Assembly (NCBI RefSeq): GCF_009914755.1 | Contig: NC_060927.1 | Source: the human T2T-CHM13v2.0 reference genome, Homo sapiens | DNA: 64,000 bases | Reading direction: 5' to 3' (one strand) | Shown: positions 13,360-26,002 of the stretch, in pieces | Numbering within the stretch: position 1 is the first letter of the stretch | Layout of the letters: each line of letters starts with the position of its first letter | Made by a program: the position numbers and the translations under genes | Notes under the pieces: generated by a model | Seen by the model: the letters and a program-made list of their open reading frames with translations, nothing else | What the model was told of the DNA's origin: nothing | Database searches by the model: none

Positions 13360-13621
13360 ATATGATTTCCAGGGAGCTAGACTGAGGAAATTTTGCTCCC
13401 TCTTAGAGAGCGCCGCATCCAACGTGATGCCATTGCCCAAAAGACAGAGTCAGCCACGGCTGGGCAGGGAGACTACCACGTAGCAGCCAGTCTCCTTTGG
13501 CTCCTCTGGAGGAATCTGGAGTTGTCCTCCAGCTGTCACCAAAAGCTATGAGAAGTAGGAGGTGGAGCTGCCATGGGGCTGCCATTGTGAGGGTCAAGGT
13601 GACCCCAGAGGAGAGACCAGG
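13360..13621 (-). pseudogene. Relic exon, ANK-like
   Basis: Acceptor gtctcccgcAG and donor TAT|GTAAGC; reads LCLLGNGITLDAALSKREQNFLSLA. Confidence 0.45.
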
Positions 13622-14171
13622 CTGCGGGAGACTGGGCCAAGGCCAGGTGGTGTGTGGCTGAGAAACAGGGTGTGCAACATTGCTAAGAATGGAGCCGGGG
13701 CCAAGTCAGCCTGGTGGGGGAGTCCAGTGGGCAGTGAGCATGCTGAAAGAAAGACCAAAGTTCTCAGCCCTGAGCTCTGTCAGGGGAAGCCAGCAGGGGT
13801 CCAGAGAACAACCCCAAGGCTTCTCTCTTCCTTTCCCAAGACCCCTCCCTCCATCAAAGGAGGATACATAATCTCCCGCCTACTCCTAGAAGCTCTCCTG
13901 GGAAGAAAAATGGGGGAAGGGGAGAAAGGCTCAGCAAGGCTTGCTTTACCTGCAAGACACTAGGATTCCTTCAGCTGTTAAATCCAGTGGCTCACTGCTT
14001 CCCTCCACCATTCTGATGGGGGATATAGAGAGAGAGAGAAAATAAAACCTCATTTGGGGGCATAGTCCAGTGTGTAATATGTTAAATTGTTGACCATGAA
14101 ACAAGATTAATCTGAGGTTCAGCCACAAATCTGTACTGAGGGCACAGTATCTCACATGTGAACTTGTTCTA

Positions 14172-14346
14172 CCTCTTCTCTCTCAGATCATCTTTTTAGA
14201 TACTCAGAAGCAGGATGTCTTCGAAGACAGTTGTGCCCCACTCCTTCCTCCCTCCGAACGGGAGGGTTCTTGCTGTGCTCCCATATTCTTCCATCTCAAT
14301 TCCTATCCACCTTCTGGGGCACTTCAGTGTGTGTCCTTTCTTCCTT
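14172..14346 (-). pseudogene. Relic exon
   Basis: Strong acceptor cctttcactctctcccgcAG; CpG-retaining, protein-like reading (EMEEYGSTARTLPFGGRKEWGTTVFEDILLL); motif unclear. Confidence 0.35.
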
Positions 14347-14633
14347 CTGCGGGAGAGAGTGAAAGGGGGCACGGGTGGGTTCTTCAGTAGGCGCTGTTTA
14401 GCTGGTATCTCATAGGGTGGGCACATGGCTGGCTGGAGTAGATTGCTTTAGGAAGTGCCACGTCAGAACTTTGAAGATGGTTTGAAACCATGTTTGCTGT
14501 CTTAGCTTTTGGCTACAAGTAACAATTAAGAGTAACAGAAAGTGTAGATTCTTAACATTAAGGCTAAAAAAAGGTGGATCCCAAGTCAGTTCAGTGGCTC
14601 AAGGATGTCATCAAGGACCAAGGCTCTTTCTAG

Positions 14634-15025
<392 letters not shown>

Positions 15026-15365
15026 AAACATCACATTCTTATACATCTGTAGTCAAATCAGGCTTGTGTATCTCTCTTTTTTGGAAGGGAAATTTCTCCC
15101 AGAAGCTTAATGGTGGCTGGTTCTTGTGCCCACTTTGCAGACCACCCTCTGGGCCCACCTTCCCTGAAATGAAGACATCTATAATCATATAAGCAGGTTT
15201 CTATTAGCAGGGAGAAAGGTTGGGATGACATTGGTCTGGAAACCAACAATGTCAGTGGTTCAAGTGAGACCAAGCAAGGAAAGGGAGCCAGGGCAGGAAG
15301 CTTCATGTGACAAAAGCCGAGGAGACAACAAGGAATGTTCAGAGTGGGTCATTGCTGAGCTGCAG

Positions 15366-15445
15366 TGGAGGATGGTGGTGGTGGTAGTGGTGCTGATGAT
15401 GGTGATGATGGTGATGATGCTCGTGTGGTGATGGTAGTGGGGATG
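15366..15445. repeat. (GGT/GAT)n degenerate trinucleotide repeat
   Basis: Read directly from the sequence. Confidence 0.8.
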
Positions 15446-16293
15446 AAGCCACACATTCTGAAGCACTTACTGTGTCTCACCCTGTATCATCACCAGGGAT
15501 CCCACACTTAATCCTCCCAGCAATTCTATTATTTTACTTACAAGGGAACTAAGGCTTAGTTCCCTGCACTGGCAGGTGCTGGGGCTGCAGTCATTATTGC
15601 AACCCTGGCTGTTGGTGTGGTCTGCTAGGAACACTTCAAAGCAGCTGCCATGCATAGATTCTTCCTTTTATTTTTTATCACATATTTAACAAATATTTCA
15701 AGAGTCTCCTCTGTTAAGCTATCCTACATCTTAGAATTCTAGGATACCATGGAGGACAAGATAGACAAGGTCCCTGCTCCCATGGAGCTACATTCTAATG
15801 GGCAGCATGAGGGATAATCAAGGAAGCAATTAATCAGTGAATCAATACACAAGAAAAATACCAGCTCATGGTAAGGGCAAAGAAGGACACTGTGACAAGT
15901 TGGTGCCATCAGGAGTACTTGGGGAAGGAGCTTCATTTATACTGAACGGTCCAGGAAGGGCTCTCTGAAAAGGTGGCACTTGAGCTGCAACTTCTATGGA
16001 GAGATGCAGCAGCCATGTAAAGACCTGGGGAAAGGGGACTCCAGGCCCACGAACAGCAAAGAAACAACCTCTGGGGTGGTGGACAGCATTTGAAGAACAA
16101 CAACGACAAAAAACCCCACCCTGACTGGAGCCCAGTTGGGCAGGGACTGAAGTACATTGGAGAGGAGTCTGGAATTTTTTCTCAAGTGGTATAAGACGCA
16201 GTGGAGCATCTTCAGCAGGGAATGCATAATCTGAATTGTGCTTTTTTGAAGTGTATCCTGGTGCAGGAAACTGCCCCTTTCTGTGGGGCTCAC

Positions 16294-16690
16294 TGGCACA
16301 CCTTGTTCCATGGGCATCGGTCCTGCCTCCCCAGGAGAACTGCAAGTTCTTGGAGGTGAGAACTCAACTGAGCTTGCCTCCTCTTGCATGTGAAGGGTGA
16401 AGGCCTGCAATGGAGATGAGTGTCATAAGTAAATATTGAAAGTTTCTGCTTTACCTGAGGGTCCTGAGAACAACCATCCCAGGTAGAAGGTGGAGCATGA
16501 AGGTATCTGCTTCTCAGAAGTTCCTGGAGTCCACCATTTCACATACCAAAGCAGACTCAGAAGAAGACATCATTTTTCCCTTGGAGATGTTTCTCCAGGT
16601 TTGTGGGGGGTTCCTCTCCATCCAGCCTCTCACACAAGCTTGGGAGCAGCCCTGGGTCTCATTAGGAGGAGGCTGTCAGATGAGCTCAGC
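16294..16690 (-). pseudogene. Relic exon(s), ARM-like
   Basis: 16294-16404 has acceptor ctcatctccattgcAG and donor CCA|GTGAGC (RGGKLS*VLTSKNLQF). The upstream piece reads NGGLQELLRSRY and, in another frame, MVVLRTLR, with donor CAG|GTAAAG at 16454. Confidence 0.4.
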
Positions 16691-17554
16691 GTCTGGTGGG
16701 TCATTCCTCCAATGAGATCTGATAGGTAGCAGACGTGTGTGCTGGGGGTGACCTGGTGAGCAGTCACCCTTCTGCCCCCGTCTGCCAGCCAGGGGGCTTC
16801 CCCACCCCTGCAAGGTGCTCCACAGAACTTGGCGCTGAATATATGAAACACGAGGCCATCCCTCATAATCAGAGCTGACTTATGGGAAAATTAAACACAG
16901 AAGGACATTCTGGCTCCAGGGAAGCTTCCTTCTATGACTTCCTGGAGGCATAGTCTGGCTGTATGCACCTTCAGGGAGAACGGCTGACCCTGCTGTCAGC
17001 CAGAGAGCTGTGACCCCAGGGTGGCAGTTGCATCTCGATGATATGTTTGTATCAGTTGGAACAGGGGGGCTAAGAACAAAAGAATAAAAATAAGGGTGGA
17101 ATCTTTTTGTTTGGAATGTTCCATCTACTCTGTAAGTCCTTGTGTCTGGATATCATTTATTTTTCAGAAGTACTGAGTTGAAATCTCATTAAGTTTTTCC
17201 AGGTGAGTCAGTTATAAATTATCTAACTCCTTCTGAAGCCATTAGAAAGAATGCAAGGTCTGCTTAAGGCAGTTTACAATAAAGAGCCAAGGTGGACCAG
17301 TTCAGAGGAGCTATCAGAGTCAGAGCACAAGGAAACCTGGGAAAAGGTCTCAGGAGGTTGAACCTGGTGGAGGTGTGGCTGAGTCAGGCCATGACTCAAC
17401 TCTGCTGTCACCCATTTGGACTGAAGGACAAGCTAGAGGTCCTCTCTTGCACTGCATTTGCACACTAGGCTGCAGGATGATACAGAGCCAGGGTTCTTCA
17501 TACTCCCTAGTTTGTCCAGAGAGCGCTTTGAAGGCTGCTGTGGGCTCCCTTTAC

Positions 17555-17882
17555 TTAAAAAGACCCTTTCTCATTAGGATTTAAAGCATATGCTTGGCCA
17601 AGTCTGTCAAAATGCATCACAGAGATGGTCCCAAACTAACTGTTGAGCAGCCCCCTGCCCTGATCAAAGCGGAGAAGGCAGGCATCGCGCTGCCCACGGA
17701 TGCTGGAGCACGTGAAGAGAGCCAGCTGGGACTACAGTCCAACAGGCCCACAAGCCACAGGCCAGAGGGCCTGTCCACGAGCTGCTGAGCAGTGAGGCAC
17801 CTGGATGAACCCAGTGCCCAAGATGTCCATGATGGGATCAACGGCTCCTCTTGTCCAAAGCCAGATCATAACAGCTTGAGCC
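17555..17882 (-). pseudogene. Relic exon, ARM-like
   Basis: Acceptor ctctcattccctggcAG; reads IWLWTRGAVDPIMDILGTGFIQVPHCSAARGQALWPVACG. Confidence 0.5.
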
Positions 17883-18396
17883 CTGCCAGGGAATGAGAGG
17901 CTGATGTTGTAGCTGGAAGGGCTGGATGGGGAGGGGACATAGATAAGGGGATGCAATTCCCTGCTGGGCTAGTGTGGGAAATTAAAAAGCACAGACGATG
18001 TTTATGCCCTAGAGGTGAGTGGAGGACCAAAGGAGACCCTAGAAGCCCCAGATCTGAAGCCGACTCTAATTGCAACAGCTCCGTTGCTTGAGTAGTGGCC
18101 AGACACCTGGCACTGTGCCAGGGCTGTCATGCCTGGACTCATCCAAGCCTCCTAATAAATCACTGAGGGTGGGCATACTAATGTTAGCCTATAGGTTTGA
18201 CAAACAATAAAATAAAACACAGAAAGATTGAGTACTTTGCCCAATGTCCCACAACTAGCCCACAGCAAAGTTAGGGTTTTAACCTACAGCTGTTTGGATA
18301 CAAAGCCAGTGCCCCTAATCCCTGGGTGTACCACAGCTTAGAGATCAGACCAGGTGCAGCCCCATCATAGAGAGGAGAGATAGTCATTAGGGGACC

Positions 18397-19159
18397 TGAA
18401 AGCTTGGGGTACAGGTCTCCCCAGTGGAAGGCTGGCTCAGAGGAATTCCACATGTGGATGTGGGCCCGGGATCGCCGTTCAGCAGCTGCATATCCAGAGG
18501 ACGACTGAAAGGGGAGGAACAAGGCACACAGGTGGGAGTCTCCTGCTGCTGACCACCCAGGATGGACCTGCCTGGGGAAGGCTGGAGGATTTGGCAGGGG
18601 CGAGGGAAAAGCAACTCACACTTCAATGCAAGAGCTCATCCCAACACCTTTTGAGACTGGGGTGTGGTCTCATTCTCTAGGAATCAGCGACTCAAAGAGG
18701 GACTCACAGAGGTGGAATGGTGGCTGGCTCATGGTCACCACAGTAGAGAAGCTAGTTTCAGAAGAAAACTGCAAATAAATCTTGGAATGTTCCATCTGGG
18801 ACCTCAATGGCTTTGTCCTGGGAAGGTTTTGGCCAAAAAAGAGGGTGCTGTGTCTGAGATGAGGAGAGAGGTGTGAATGTCCAGCTCCTTGGGCTCTGCT
18901 CTTCTTGTCCCTGGCTGGAGCTCCTGACTCAGGCAGGCAGGGGCATCGCAGGACCCATGGGTGCAGAGCCCAGAGCCAGGACCTCAGTTTACTCTGGTTG
19001 TCTTCCTGCCTATCTGGGCTGAGATGGGGATCCAGCTCAGCAGCATGTACGGTGTCCCCCACATACCCCAGTGTCACAACTGCTCCAGCTCGGCTTCCTC
19101 AGCAGCCCTGGCTCCATGCTTAGGACCCGTGGTGGGTCCCTGGTATTCACTATGATGCT
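18397..19159 (-). pseudogene. Two relic exons (about 18940-19159 and 18397-18504)
   Basis: First reads SRAGAVVTLGYVG..EDNQSKLRSWLWAL; second has the strong acceptor ccttgttcctcccctttcAG and retained CpGs. Confidence 0.4.
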
Positions 19160-19349
19160 GCCTGCCCAGCCCTCTGCCCCTGCTCCAGTGCCCAACACAC
19201 CAAACTTGTCAGCCCGGCCTCTGGGGCTGGCACCTGTCCAGTGTTTCCTTCTAACCCCCACCTGGGCACTGGCCTCAGAGTCATATGCTCCTGGGTTAAA
19301 AACTCTGCCACTTACTAGCTATACTCGCTGGGCAAATGACTTTATTTGT

Positions 19350-20020
19350 GGTGCTCGTTATTAAGCCATTGTCTCTCAGCTTCAAACCAGCGTCCCTCTG
19401 TGATGTTCTGGGATCCCACAAATCACCAGTATGCCTTGCCAGAACTCCTTGTTAGGCTCTGCCAAGAGGGGGCACTAGAGGGAGCCTGCAACACTGGTGG
19501 ATGGAGAAGGGGTCAGCTCCTTTGTGTCTGTTTCCTGTTCTGTTGGCAACACCCCAGCAATGCAATGGCCCTGCACCCCAGCAGCAGCCGCTGGTTCCAG
19601 CTGTCAGTTTCCTCCCCATTCGCAGACCTGTCCCATGGGGTCCTCTGAGAGACACCCCCTCAGAAATCTGGGCCTCAGCCTTGCAGCCCCCTCCCAAGTG
19701 TCCACATCTTTATAAGCCCACACTCTCACCCTTGTTCCCTCAGCCCTAGGGGCTGTTACTGACCCTGAGGATCTTTTCATGTGCTTATTTGCCATCCCTG
19801 TATTTTCTTTGAAGTGTCTGCTCAAATCATTTGCCTATTTTAAACAATTAGATTACTTCCTTATTATTGACTTGTAAGAGGGCTTCATATATTCCTGCTG
19901 TTACTACCTCTGATGTCTCAGCATTCCCCTTTGCCTTTCTGTTCTGCAAGCCCTGGTTAACAGTGCCTTATATGAAATTCGCTTTGTCAAAAAGACATTT
20001 TCTGTCTCCCAACAGACATA
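19350..20020 (+). mobile_element. ERVL-type LTR (LTR41-like) interrupted by a short antisense old-L1 fragment (about 19766-19893)
   Basis: Motif gttaggctctgccaagagggggcactagagggag resembles LTR41 from memory; boundaries approximate. Confidence 0.5.
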
Positions 20021-20459
20021 CTAGTCTGTGCCTCCGATTCCTCATCCATCAAAGGGGAACAGTGACTCCACCTCACAGGTGGCAGTGAGGAGTCAGCCAG
20101 AAGATGCCTGTGAAGGGCATCATGGCCCAAGGCCTGGCACCGAGGTAGGACCTGGTTCGAGTGGCTGAAGACTCAGCAGCTTCAACAGGGTCCCTATCGT
20201 GAGCCCCCAGAGCTGTGCCTTCCTGTTTGCTTTAGGCCAAGGGAAGAAGCAGAGTGCCTCTGTGGGCTCCTCTCAGCTGACGCAGAGGCGGTTTTTCCAG
20301 CCAGCTTCTCTCCTTTGAGAACTCGTGCGATAAAGGAGAACCTGGGCAACCCTGGAGTGAGGCAGGGTGAGGAGAACTGGCCCTTCTTACATGGCCTAAT
20401 AGTCACATTTAAGAAGTACCCTAATGAGAGATTTTTTAAAAGTCTGGTTTTCAAATTTC

Positions 20460-21355
20460 ACTGTTAAGAAACAAAAGGGCAGGCCATAAACTGGAGGGAA
20501 TTAACTCAATGTTAAGTATACAGACAACTTAAAAAAAGCAGAAGATTTGAACAAACACTTCACAAAAGAAGATATCAGAATGGGCAGCAGGCACATGAAA
20601 AGATGCCGAATGTCATTAGTCATAGAGAAATTCAAAGTAAACTACAATGAGATATCACCACCTCCTCTCCCACTAGAATGGCTAACATTAAAAAGACAGA
20701 AGATTCTGTGCTGATGAGGATGTGGAGCAATTAGTACCCTCATACTTTGCTGGTGGGTTGCAAAAAATAAGACCATTTTAGAAAATTGATTGGCAGTTTC
20801 TTATCTAGTTAAACAGAGGCTTATCATATGACCCAGCAATCTCCTTCCTGGATATTTACCTGAGAGAAATGAAAACATTTGTCTGTATAAAGTCTCCTTT
20901 GCAAATAGTCATAGAAGCTTTATTCATAATAGCAAAAACCTAAAAATAGCCCACACGTCCATCAATAGGTGAAGGAATAAATAAATCATGACATATTGGC
21001 ACAATGGAATACTAACTCATTGGTGAAATCAATAAACAACCTGTATACACAATAAATCTCAAAATCATGCAGAGTGAAAGAAATCAGACATCGAAGAGTA
21101 CATGCTGGGTTATTCCATCTATATGAATCTCCAGAAAAGACAAATCCGTTCTATAATGACAGGAAGTAGCTCCGTGGCTGCTCAGAGGCAAGGCTGGGGT
21201 GGAGCACTGATGGGGAAGGGGAGCAGGGTACCTAGAGTGATGGGAGTGGTCTGTACAACAGCTGTATACATTCCCCAAGGCTTACCAAAGGGTACATCTA
21301 ACATGGATGCGTTTTATTGTGTGTCAGTTACACCTCAATAAAGTTGATTTTTAAA
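20460..21355 (+). mobile_element. Old L1M 3' end
   Basis: Degenerate ORF2-end and 3'UTR motifs (cacttcacaaaagaagatat, atgacccagcaatctcc, cctcaataaag). Confidence 0.8.
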
Positions 21356-22788
21356 ATGTCACTTAGACATGAAACAGTCTTCATAAGACTGACATACAAG
21401 GAAGGGACCCATCACCACAGAGAGCCTCCAAATGGAGCCTCCTTTGAAGGAAACCCCCTTCAAACACCCCTGTGCTGAGCATTTTCTGTGTACACCCACT
21501 CTCCTGCCATCCTGTTCTGTGTCCAGAAGTTTGACCAGAATGGACTGCATAAAGACTCTCTTGTCCACTGTGTTCTTGTTAGATTAGACCAATGCAAGGT
21601 ACCAGCAGGAGATCTAAGGGCAGGGGATAAATGGGTGGGAGTTATTTATTCCTCTAGCAGATCCTGCAGGGTTGTGGCAGGCTGCTCATGTCCCTGGACT
21701 GAAGGTCACAGCTCCCTCCAGGCACCCCTGCCTGGACCATGCTCCCCTTCCAGGTTCTGGTAAACCTTTCATCCTCCCACCCTTTCAGAATCTGTACTGT
21801 CCCTGAGGTGTCCCTAGATCTCACTCATGAGGTCCGAGGTCATGCTATTTGAATAGTTATTAAATTCCCTTCAAGTGATCCTAAATCGAATGTGCCATCT
21901 CTTGCCTGCTCGGCACCTGACTGATATGGCACATGGTCTTTTTTTTGTGAAACAAAACAGAGCTGAGACCCTGGCAAGAGTATCAGGGTGCCTGTGGAGG
22001 TGGTGGAAGCAGAGCCGAGGGGCCCTTCGTTTCCTGTTGATATGCAGGCTCTCACACCAGTGCCTGTGCCCCAGGAAGCATGCTCCTCTTTCAAAGCCTT
22101 GGCCCAGGTCTGGACCCAAATTCCTTCCCTTGTTTCCCCAAAGGAGCTAATAATTTTTAAATCAGTCAGGGCCAAGGGCTATTAGCAGGGATACAGGTAG
22201 AAGACACAAGAGGTCTGAACCATCACGAGTGACACTGAGTGAGGTGGAGAGCCCATGGTAGCCGCTGCCAACCACACTCCTCAGCATCTCACAGCGGCTG
22301 TGCTGCCTCTGACAGTGACCAGTCATGGCTGCCACTTAGTAGCCACTACTATGCCCTGGATGCCGGTCTGGCCATTTTACCAACATCATTTTATCTCTTC
22401 CTCATGCCAACGCTATGCCATAGACATCAGTTTTTACACACGACGAAGCTGAGGTTCAGCAAAATCAAGTAACTTGTCCAAGGTCACGCTGCTTCTAAGT
22501 GGCAAGTCAAGATTCAAACACAAGTTTGAGTTTGAATTCTAGTATATGTTGCTGCTGTCTTCCTTATTAATCTTGGAGTGAAAAAGCTCAGAGTTTGTTT
22601 GGGTGGTTCACCCATAAGTGGATGTGAAAGGATGTAGTTCTTGGTACCACCAAAAATGCCTCATTGAAACCCTGGACCCCCAGGCCCTCCTGAGAGTGGT
22701 GGCGGGGCGGCCAACCAGGCCTTCTCTCTACCTGGCCCCCTGTGGCCTCTGCAGCACCCCACAGTAGAGCAGAACCCAGAGGACTCAC

Positions 22789-23074
22789 CTCACTGGGCAG
22801 GGCACTCATCCTTAGCATTGGGAGCCCCTCTGTGTGCCAGTTTCTTGGGTGATTGTTGCGGGCCAGTGTCAGACTGCCCAGGTATCTGAAGCGCTTTGTG
22901 AGGGTGTCCCAGCAACAACCCTGGTCCTGGGCTCCCCTTGTGGCCAGATGCTAAGACCCAGAAATCCCACTCCTAGGTATGTGCCCTAGAGAAACGTCCA
23001 CATGTGCACCGGGAGATCTGTACTTCACCTCATGGGTCTCCCTGCTGATCTTCCCAAACACCCAACTGCATTCT
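22789..23074 (-). pseudogene. Relic ARM-like exon interrupted by a 73-bp inverted insertion
   Basis: Acceptor aataattacAG and donor GAG|GTGAGT. With 22952-23024 removed it reads ENAVGCL..GLLLGHPHKALQ / YLGSLTLARNNHPRNWHTEGLPML (frameshifted). Confidence 0.5.
22952..23024 (+). repeat. Inverted duplication of 23828-23900
   Basis: 70 of 73 positions match the reverse complement. Confidence 0.93.
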
Positions 23075-23200
23075 CTGTAATTATTCTAGAGTGTATGAAA
23101 TCTTTATGTAGAACTTAAAGGATGCACTTTAAATGAACCCCCATGTACATTGCCAGGATCTTAGAAGCCCCATGTGAGCATCTTCCTTTTTCTCCTAGAC

Positions 23201-23458
23201 CAGGATGTCTCAAGGTCGGCACTATGACATGGTGGGAAGAATAATTCCTTGGTGTTGGGGGTGTGGGCCGGGGAGGGATGTCCTGTGCGTTGTAGGATAT
23301 TTAGCAGCGTCCCTGGCCAATAGCATCTAGTACATGCCGGTAGCATGTTTACCCTGCTTCCCACCCCTCCTCAGGGTCATCACAATCAAATACACCCCTC
23401 CAGACATTGACAGATATCCTACAGACATTGACAAATCATCCCCAGTTGAGAACCTCTG
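23201..23458. mobile_element. MER20 (hAT-Charlie MITE)
   Basis: Core tcctgtgcgttgtaggatatttagcagcgtccctggcc, cag...ctg termini, 8-bp TSD tcctagac/tcctagag. Confidence 0.85.
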
Positions 23459-23469
23459 TCCTAGAGAAA

Positions 23470-24025
23470 CCACTAGATGGAAATAAACCACCTTTCTGAC
23501 TTGGTGCTAATCCTAGTTTTCATTTTGAGATTTGTTACCTCCATGTACACATCCCGAAGCAATATAGTTTTGAATGTTCTAAAACTTCATGAGAATGGAA
23601 CCATGCAATATGCACTTTTTTTTGCATCTGGCCTTTTTTGCCAAAATTGTGCTTGTGAGATTCATCCTTATTATTGCATGCAGCCACCTTGTGTTCATTT
23701 TCATTGCTGTATAGCATTCTATTGTGTGAACGTGCCACTGTTCAATCGTTCACATTCTGTCACTGCTGGCCCTCGGGGAGCTGTTTCCAGTTGGGGCTTC
23801 TATGAGCATTGCTGCTGGGAGTGTTCCAGTACAGATCTCCTGGTGCACATGTGGATGTTTCTGTAGGGCACATACCTAGGAGTGGGATTTCTGGGTCTTA
23901 AGGAATGAATGTCTCCAGTGTTTTTTGGAGAAGTTGAACTAAATGGGCTTCCCACTGGCAGAATGTTATGTTCCTACTGTACCACATTGTTGCCAACATT
24001 TGAGATGGCTGACTTAAATTTTTGT
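23470..24025 (-). mobile_element. Old L1ME-like 3' end
   Basis: Antisense L1M motifs (gagattcatcc, ttcattttcattgctgtatagcattctattgtg, tacctaggagtggg). Confidence 0.75.
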
Positions 24026-24549
24026 CAATGATGCCCATTGCATCATTGTTCCCTTTTGTCTGCTCACGTTGGGACTGGACCCCATCCTATCCTGTGTGTC
24101 CCGAGCCTGCTTCTGTCCAGGCACTTTCCACTGCGTTGTGGCTGCATCATCTCCATCCCTCCCTCCGGTCAGGAGCCCCCACAATGGCAAGGATGTGTCC
24201 TTCTCCTGTGTGTGTCCCCTGTGTCCTCCTCCAATCCTGGGAGAAGGCTGTGTGTTGGAAGAATGAATGAATGATTTTGAGAGGTGGCCCATGCATGGGT
24301 TGGTCTCTCTTTCTGACAAAAGGAAAACTGCAGGCCAGCAGGGCTAAGGGATGGGCCCAGGGCTTTGGGGGAGGCAGGGCAGAGGCTCCTGTTTCTTAAC
24401 CCCTGTACTTCCCAGCAGGCCACTCGGCCCTGACTGCTCCTTGGGCTTAGAGAACAAAAGCAAAAGACCCCAGAGTCCTCATCCATTTCATGATTCTCCA
24501 CCAACCTCCATCCCCAGATATACTTTGTCTTGAAAGCCACTTGGGGCCC

Positions 24550-24747
24550 CAAAATTGGGGCAGCAGAGAGCCAGCCCCATCTTGGACACTAGCTATGCTT
24601 CCCTGAGGGGGCCGGATTTCTGGAAGGCCTTAGTTGGGTTGGAGAGGGAATGGGCTGATGGTGTGAGCTTGTCTATTTCTCTGCTACATTCTGGGACCAA
24701 TTACACTGATGAATTCTGGTCATCAGAGAGCATATCCAGCAAGGTTT
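24550..24747 (-). pseudogene. Relic exon, early ARM region
   Basis: Strong acceptor ctgtctgccttcctttccAG; reads (E)TLLDMLSDDQ; 3' boundary uncertain. Confidence 0.45.
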
Positions 24748-25099
24748 CTGGAAAGGAAGGCAGACAGGCACTGTATTAGTCCATTTTCATGCTGCTGATA
24801 AAGACATACCCAAGACTGGGTGATTTATAAGGAAAAAGAGGTTTAATGGAGACTCACAGTTCCACGTGGCTGGGGAGGCCTCATAATTATGGCAGAAGGC
24901 AAAAGGCACGTCTTACACGGTGGCAGACAAGACAGAAAATGAGAGCCAAGCTAAAGAGGAAGCCCCTTATAAAACCATCAGATTTCGGGAGACTTATTCT
25001 CCACCACAAGAACAGTATGGGGGAAACTGCCCCCATGATTCAATTATCTCCCACAACATGTGAAAATTATGGGAGCTACAATTCAAAATGAGATTTGGG

Positions 25100-26002
25100 G
25101 GATTGAGCCAAGATGGCCGAATAGGAACAGCTCTGGTCTACAGCTCCCAGCGTGAGCAACGCAGAAGACGGTGATTTCTGCATTTCCATCTGAGGTACCG
25201 GGTTCATCTCACTAGGGAGTGCCAGACAGTGGGCGCAGGCCAGTGTGTGTGCGCACCGTGCGCGAGCCGAAGCAGGGCGAGGCATTGCCTCACCTGGGAA
25301 GCGCAAGGGGTCAGGGAGTTCCCTTTCCGAGTCAAAGAAAGGGGTGACGGACGCACCTGGAAAATCGGGTCACTCCCACCCGAATATTGCGCTTTTCAGA
25401 CCGGCTTAAGAAACGGCGCACCACGAGACTATATCCCACACCTGGCTCGGAGGGTCCTACGCCCACGGAATCTCGCTGATTGCTAGCACAGCAGTCTGAG
25501 ATCAAACTGCAAGGCGGCAACGAGGCTGGGGGAGGGGCGCCCGCCATTGCCCAGGCTTGCTTAGGTAAACAAAGCAGCCAGGAAGCTCGAACTGGGTGGA
25601 GCCCACCACAGCTCAAGGAGGCCTGCCTGCCTCTGTAGGCTCCACCTCTGGGGGCAGGGCACAGACAAACAAAAAGACAGCAGTAACCTCTGCGGACTTA
25701 AGTGTCCCTGTCTGACAGCTTTGAAGAGAGCAGTGGTTCTCCCAGCACGCAGCTGGAGATCTGAGAACGGGCAGACTGCCTCCTCAAGTGGGTCCCTGAC
25801 TCCTGACCCCTGAGCAGCCTAACTGGGAGGCACCCCCCAGCAGGGGCACACTGACACCTCACACGGCAGGGTATTCCAACAGACCTGCAGCTGAGGGTCC
25901 TGTCTGTTAGAAGGAAAACTAACAACCAGAAAGGACATCTACACCGAAAACCCATCTGTACATCACCATCATCAAAGACCAAAAGTAGATAAAACCACAA
26001 AG
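25100..26002. promoter_or_regulatory. L1 5'UTR CpG-rich sense and antisense promoter, intact YY1 site
   Basis: CAAGATGGCCG at 25109-25119; dense CpG. Confidence 0.85.
25332..25547 (-). CDS. L1 ORF0 (71 aa)
   Basis: MAGAPPPASLPPCSLISDCC...RHPFL*, 216 nt, antisense in the 5'UTR. Confidence 0.85.
   Translation of the reverse strand: MAGAPPPASLPPCSLISDCCASNQRDSVGVGPSEPGVGYSLVVRRFLSRSEKRNIRVGVTRFSRCVRHPFL

Noticed and set aside
16405-16454. Apparent 50-nt intron between two relic exons
   Set aside because: Too short for a normal human intron; one boundary is probably wrong or sequence has been deleted, so the structure is left unresolved.
19766-20610. Inverted similarity between 19768-19830 and 20540-20610
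   Set aside because: Two diverged old L1M fragments in opposite orientation; identity too low to suggest local duplication.
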